Part shown: positions 61,135 through 64,000 of the stretch, piece after piece | Position numbering within the stretch: position 1 is the stretch's first letter | Layout: the number at the start of each line of letters is the position of its first letter | Program-made: the position numbers and the translations under genes | Notes under the pieces: generated by a model | What the model saw: only the letters and a program-made list of their open reading frames with translations | Told to the model about the DNA's origin: nothing | The model's database searches: none | NCBI RefSeq assembly: GCF_030028105.1 | Contig: NC_092384.1 | Span: 36,277,553 to 36,341,552, forward strand | Length of the DNA: 64,000 nucleotides | From: Mobula birostris | Taxonomy: Eukaryota | Reading direction: 5' to 3'

Positions 61135-63779
61135 TGAGATAGATGGTCTTTGAGCAGGTACATCACTGTCTTAACATCAGGCTGAATATCATCCAGAAGG
61201 AGTCTCAGATCCCCACATTCAGTGATTTGCTGTTTGTTTCATTGCTTTGAAAGAAGTTTGGTGACTGCTCTGAAACCACGCTTACCTAGATATGATATTG
61301 GAAAGGTAATAAAGAATAACTTGACCTTTGTCTACAGTGTAGGATAGTGTTCAGAGATTTCTTCTGCAACCAAAAGCCTTTTTGACTTTTTAAACCTCAG
61401 CTCAAAACCATTTTGTGGCAAAATCAGTTCTTCCTCTATCCTTCCTGTTAATTCCCTTTTACGATTGTTCATGAATGGAATTATTACCCAATCTGGAACT
61501 TGGATCGAGAGAACACACTCCAATCTCTCTGACATGGTTTTATGCAGCTCACCCAGGTGGGCACAGTGTACTTAAAGATTATCATCTGGTATTCTTTCTT
61601 TCTCTTGCAACTCAGGGAGGCTCAGAAATTGGAAAAGGTTACGACGGCCAATGTTACAATTAAATAGGGTTAACTGGGACAGAATCATGTAGATAACTGG
61701 CTTGACTTTGATAACTTTTACATCAAGTATAGTTCAAATGTGATCTATACATTTGCTGTTGATGCAACCGTTGTTGGCAGAATCTCATATGGTGACGAAA
61801 GGGTGTACAGGAGTGAGATATACCAGCTAGTGGAGTGGTCTCACAGCAACAACCTTGCGCTCAACATCAGTAAGACCAAAGAGCTGATTGTAGACTTCAG
61901 GAAGGGTAAGAAGAGGGAACATAGACCATAGAGGTATCATAAGTGGAGAGCGAGCAATTTCAAATTCCTGGGTGTCAATATCTGTGAGGATCTAACCTGG
62001 TCCCAACATATCGTTGCAGCTATAAAGAAGTCAAGACAGTGGTTATATTTAATTAGAAGTTTGAAAAGCTTTAGTTTATCACCTAAAACGCTCAACCTTC
62101 TACAGATGTGCTGTAGAGATCATTCTGACTGGCTGCATCACTGTTTGGTATGGGGGCTGGCTGCTGCAAAGGAAACTGCAGATAAAATTAGTCAGCTCCT
62201 TCGTGGGTACCAGCCTCTGTAGATCCAAGAGCGGTACCTCAGAAGGACGGCATCAATCATTAAGGACCCCCACCACCCAGGACATGCTCTCTTCCCATTG
62301 TTACCATCAGGAAGGAGATACAGAAGCCTGAAGGCACACACTCAGCGATTCAGGAACAGCTTCTTCCCCGCCTCATCCAATTTCCACATGGACATTGAAC
62401 CCATAAACACTACCTTACAACCTTTTTTAAATTTCTGTTTTAGCGCTACTTATTTTAACTATTATATCAGAATATATATATACTTACTTTAATTCAGTTT
62501 TTCCTGTGTTTATCATGTACTGTGTTGTACTGCTGTTGCAAAGTTAACAAATTTCACATTTGCCGGTGATATTAAACCTGATTGCAATTGAAAATTGATT
62601 TCATTAAACTTTGCAAATAATTTTGACAAATTAGCAATGTCATGCCTAATAGTCTTCAGCTGATTACTGAATGAAGCATTCAAGAATTCAAAGAATTTTA
62701 TCAGTTTCCAAAAGTGCATAAAAGCATCTGGGGCCGTTTCTGTTTGAAAGCTACCTGGATTCTGAGAGCAACAGCAAGTTTTCAAACTATTCATCCTTTT
62801 TGATACAAGGCTCTTGAAATAGTCAAGAATTGAGAGCATGGGATTTGATGTTATTTACTGCTGTGATAACAGTACTTAGTGATTTGTGCAGCCAATCACT
62901 TACCCGCAGGTTTTTTGCAAAAAGATGTCGTCGGTGAATTACACAGTGAATGGCCAATATGTTGGGTACAGCTTATTCCGAGAAAGTTACTACTTCACTG
63001 TGGGATCCTGTTCTTGATGGTGCCCCATCTGTTGCACAAGCAAGAATAGTGGTGCACAAGCAAGAATAGTGGTGAGCAGAATGTCCTTCTCTTTGAAAAA
63101 TTGCTCAACAAGCCAAAATATTGTCTCCATCTTTAAATCTGTTTCTAGTTCCTTTGCAAATAACGATTCTTGAACAATGCTTTCATCTTTCATGAAGTGA
63201 ATATAACCAAGAAGCAAAGATACATTGCCTGGCAAAGTTGACTTATCCAACTGCAGAGCAGATTCCGTTGTCCTTTGTATGTTGTACAATGTATGCTCCA
63301 CATTCTCAGACATTTCATCTATTCATCTTTAACTAAAGTTGTTGCTAAGTGGAATTGCTTTATTTATTTGGCCTGGTGACTTATGCATATTCATACTCAG
63401 AACTTCCCTTACTGCTGGCAGATTCAGTTTTTCTCCAATTGTATGGGGCTTTCCAGATTTAGCAATGAGCAATGAAATGATGTATGGATCACTGTTTTGT
63501 TGTGAAGTGCTGGCAAACATATTTTCAAGAGCTTTCCCTTTCTGAAAGTTTTCACAAAGTGACTGAAAATAAACCAAGTTCTTGTTTGCTTTATCAGAGT
63601 GTTTTTCTCTTCAAATGTTCAAGAAGCCTGAATAGTCTTATTTCCTCATCTGAAGAAACTTGTTTGCACAACAGACACATTGGCTGCTGTTGGTTGCTTG
63701 GTGTAAATCCATATTTCAGATACTCCTACTTCGCACTATACTGTCGACACTTCTTTTTTGTCTGGTCTGCTTCCGTCAT
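61135..63779 (-). pseudogene. hAT transposase (ZBED8/SCAND3/Buster-like), disrupted
   Basis: KKKCRQYS..EYLKYGF..PMCLLC..LLEHLKRKH (BED finger), IAKSGKPHTIGEKL, ALQLDKST, CATDGAP, HCVIHR, FPISYL..RGF, GDLRLLL; many stops and frameshifts. Confidence 0.9.
61733..62585 (+). mobile_element. Rex1/Babar LINE 3' part inserted in the hAT element
   Basis: [51 protein letters not shown]; close to 11810-12590 plus 13771-13880. Confidence 0.92.
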
Positions 63780-64000
63780 TTTCATTATGGATTAACGGCC
63801 ATGGTGAATCACCTGGTGTTTAAGTCCATCCTCATGTGTTGGAATCAATAAAGGGAAAAGCAATGACATCATCATTGCACAAGCAAAACCTGACTCTCTT
63901 TCTGAAGGTACACAAAGTAGGGCAGCGATATCTCGTTTGGACCATAGGCTAGAGAAATGTGGTCAAGAACATTCGAAAGGGCAGAATCTGAACTTTACAC

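Larger units (their letters stand above)
60833..64000 (-). mobile_element. hAT DNA transposon (Buster/Charlie group), decayed; other end not seen in the window
   Basis: TIR-like caatggttcccaa after the 8-mer GTCTAAAC; transposase remnants on the minus strand. Confidence 0.88.

Noticed and set aside
61135-63779. Possible domesticated ZBED8/SCAND3 gene
   Set aside because: Multiple stops, frameshifts, a LINE insertion and a retained TIR indicate a dead transposon

Overview
Eukaryotic (vertebrate) non-coding DNA, most likely from a cartilaginous fish. That assignment is inferred from the HE1-like V-SINEs and the CR1/Rex1/Penelope repeat mix. I found no host protein-coding gene that I can support. 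Every recognisable ORF is a decayed transposon fragment. Main contents: many CR1 and Rex1/Babar LINE copies, often nested; a Penelope-like element (17151-19451) with inverted pseudo-LTRs, each carrying a minimal hammerhead ribozyme motif; a near full-length Ty3/Gypsy (Mag-like) element with very short LTRs (19900-24718); an internally deleted Gypsy element with a tRNA-Pro PBS (47457-50942); three solo LTRs with target-site duplications; tRNA-derived SINEs; a Tc1 fragment; an 80-bp hAT MITE; and a decayed Buster/Charlie-type hAT transposon (60833 to the window end). Several TE-poor, AT-rich blocks look like conserved non-coding elements, but that cannot be shown without alignments. I did not find a convincing previously undescribed biological system. 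The most interesting items are the hammerhead-bearing inverted Penelope structure and the nesting patterns. Boundaries without a TSD or terminal motif are approximate.
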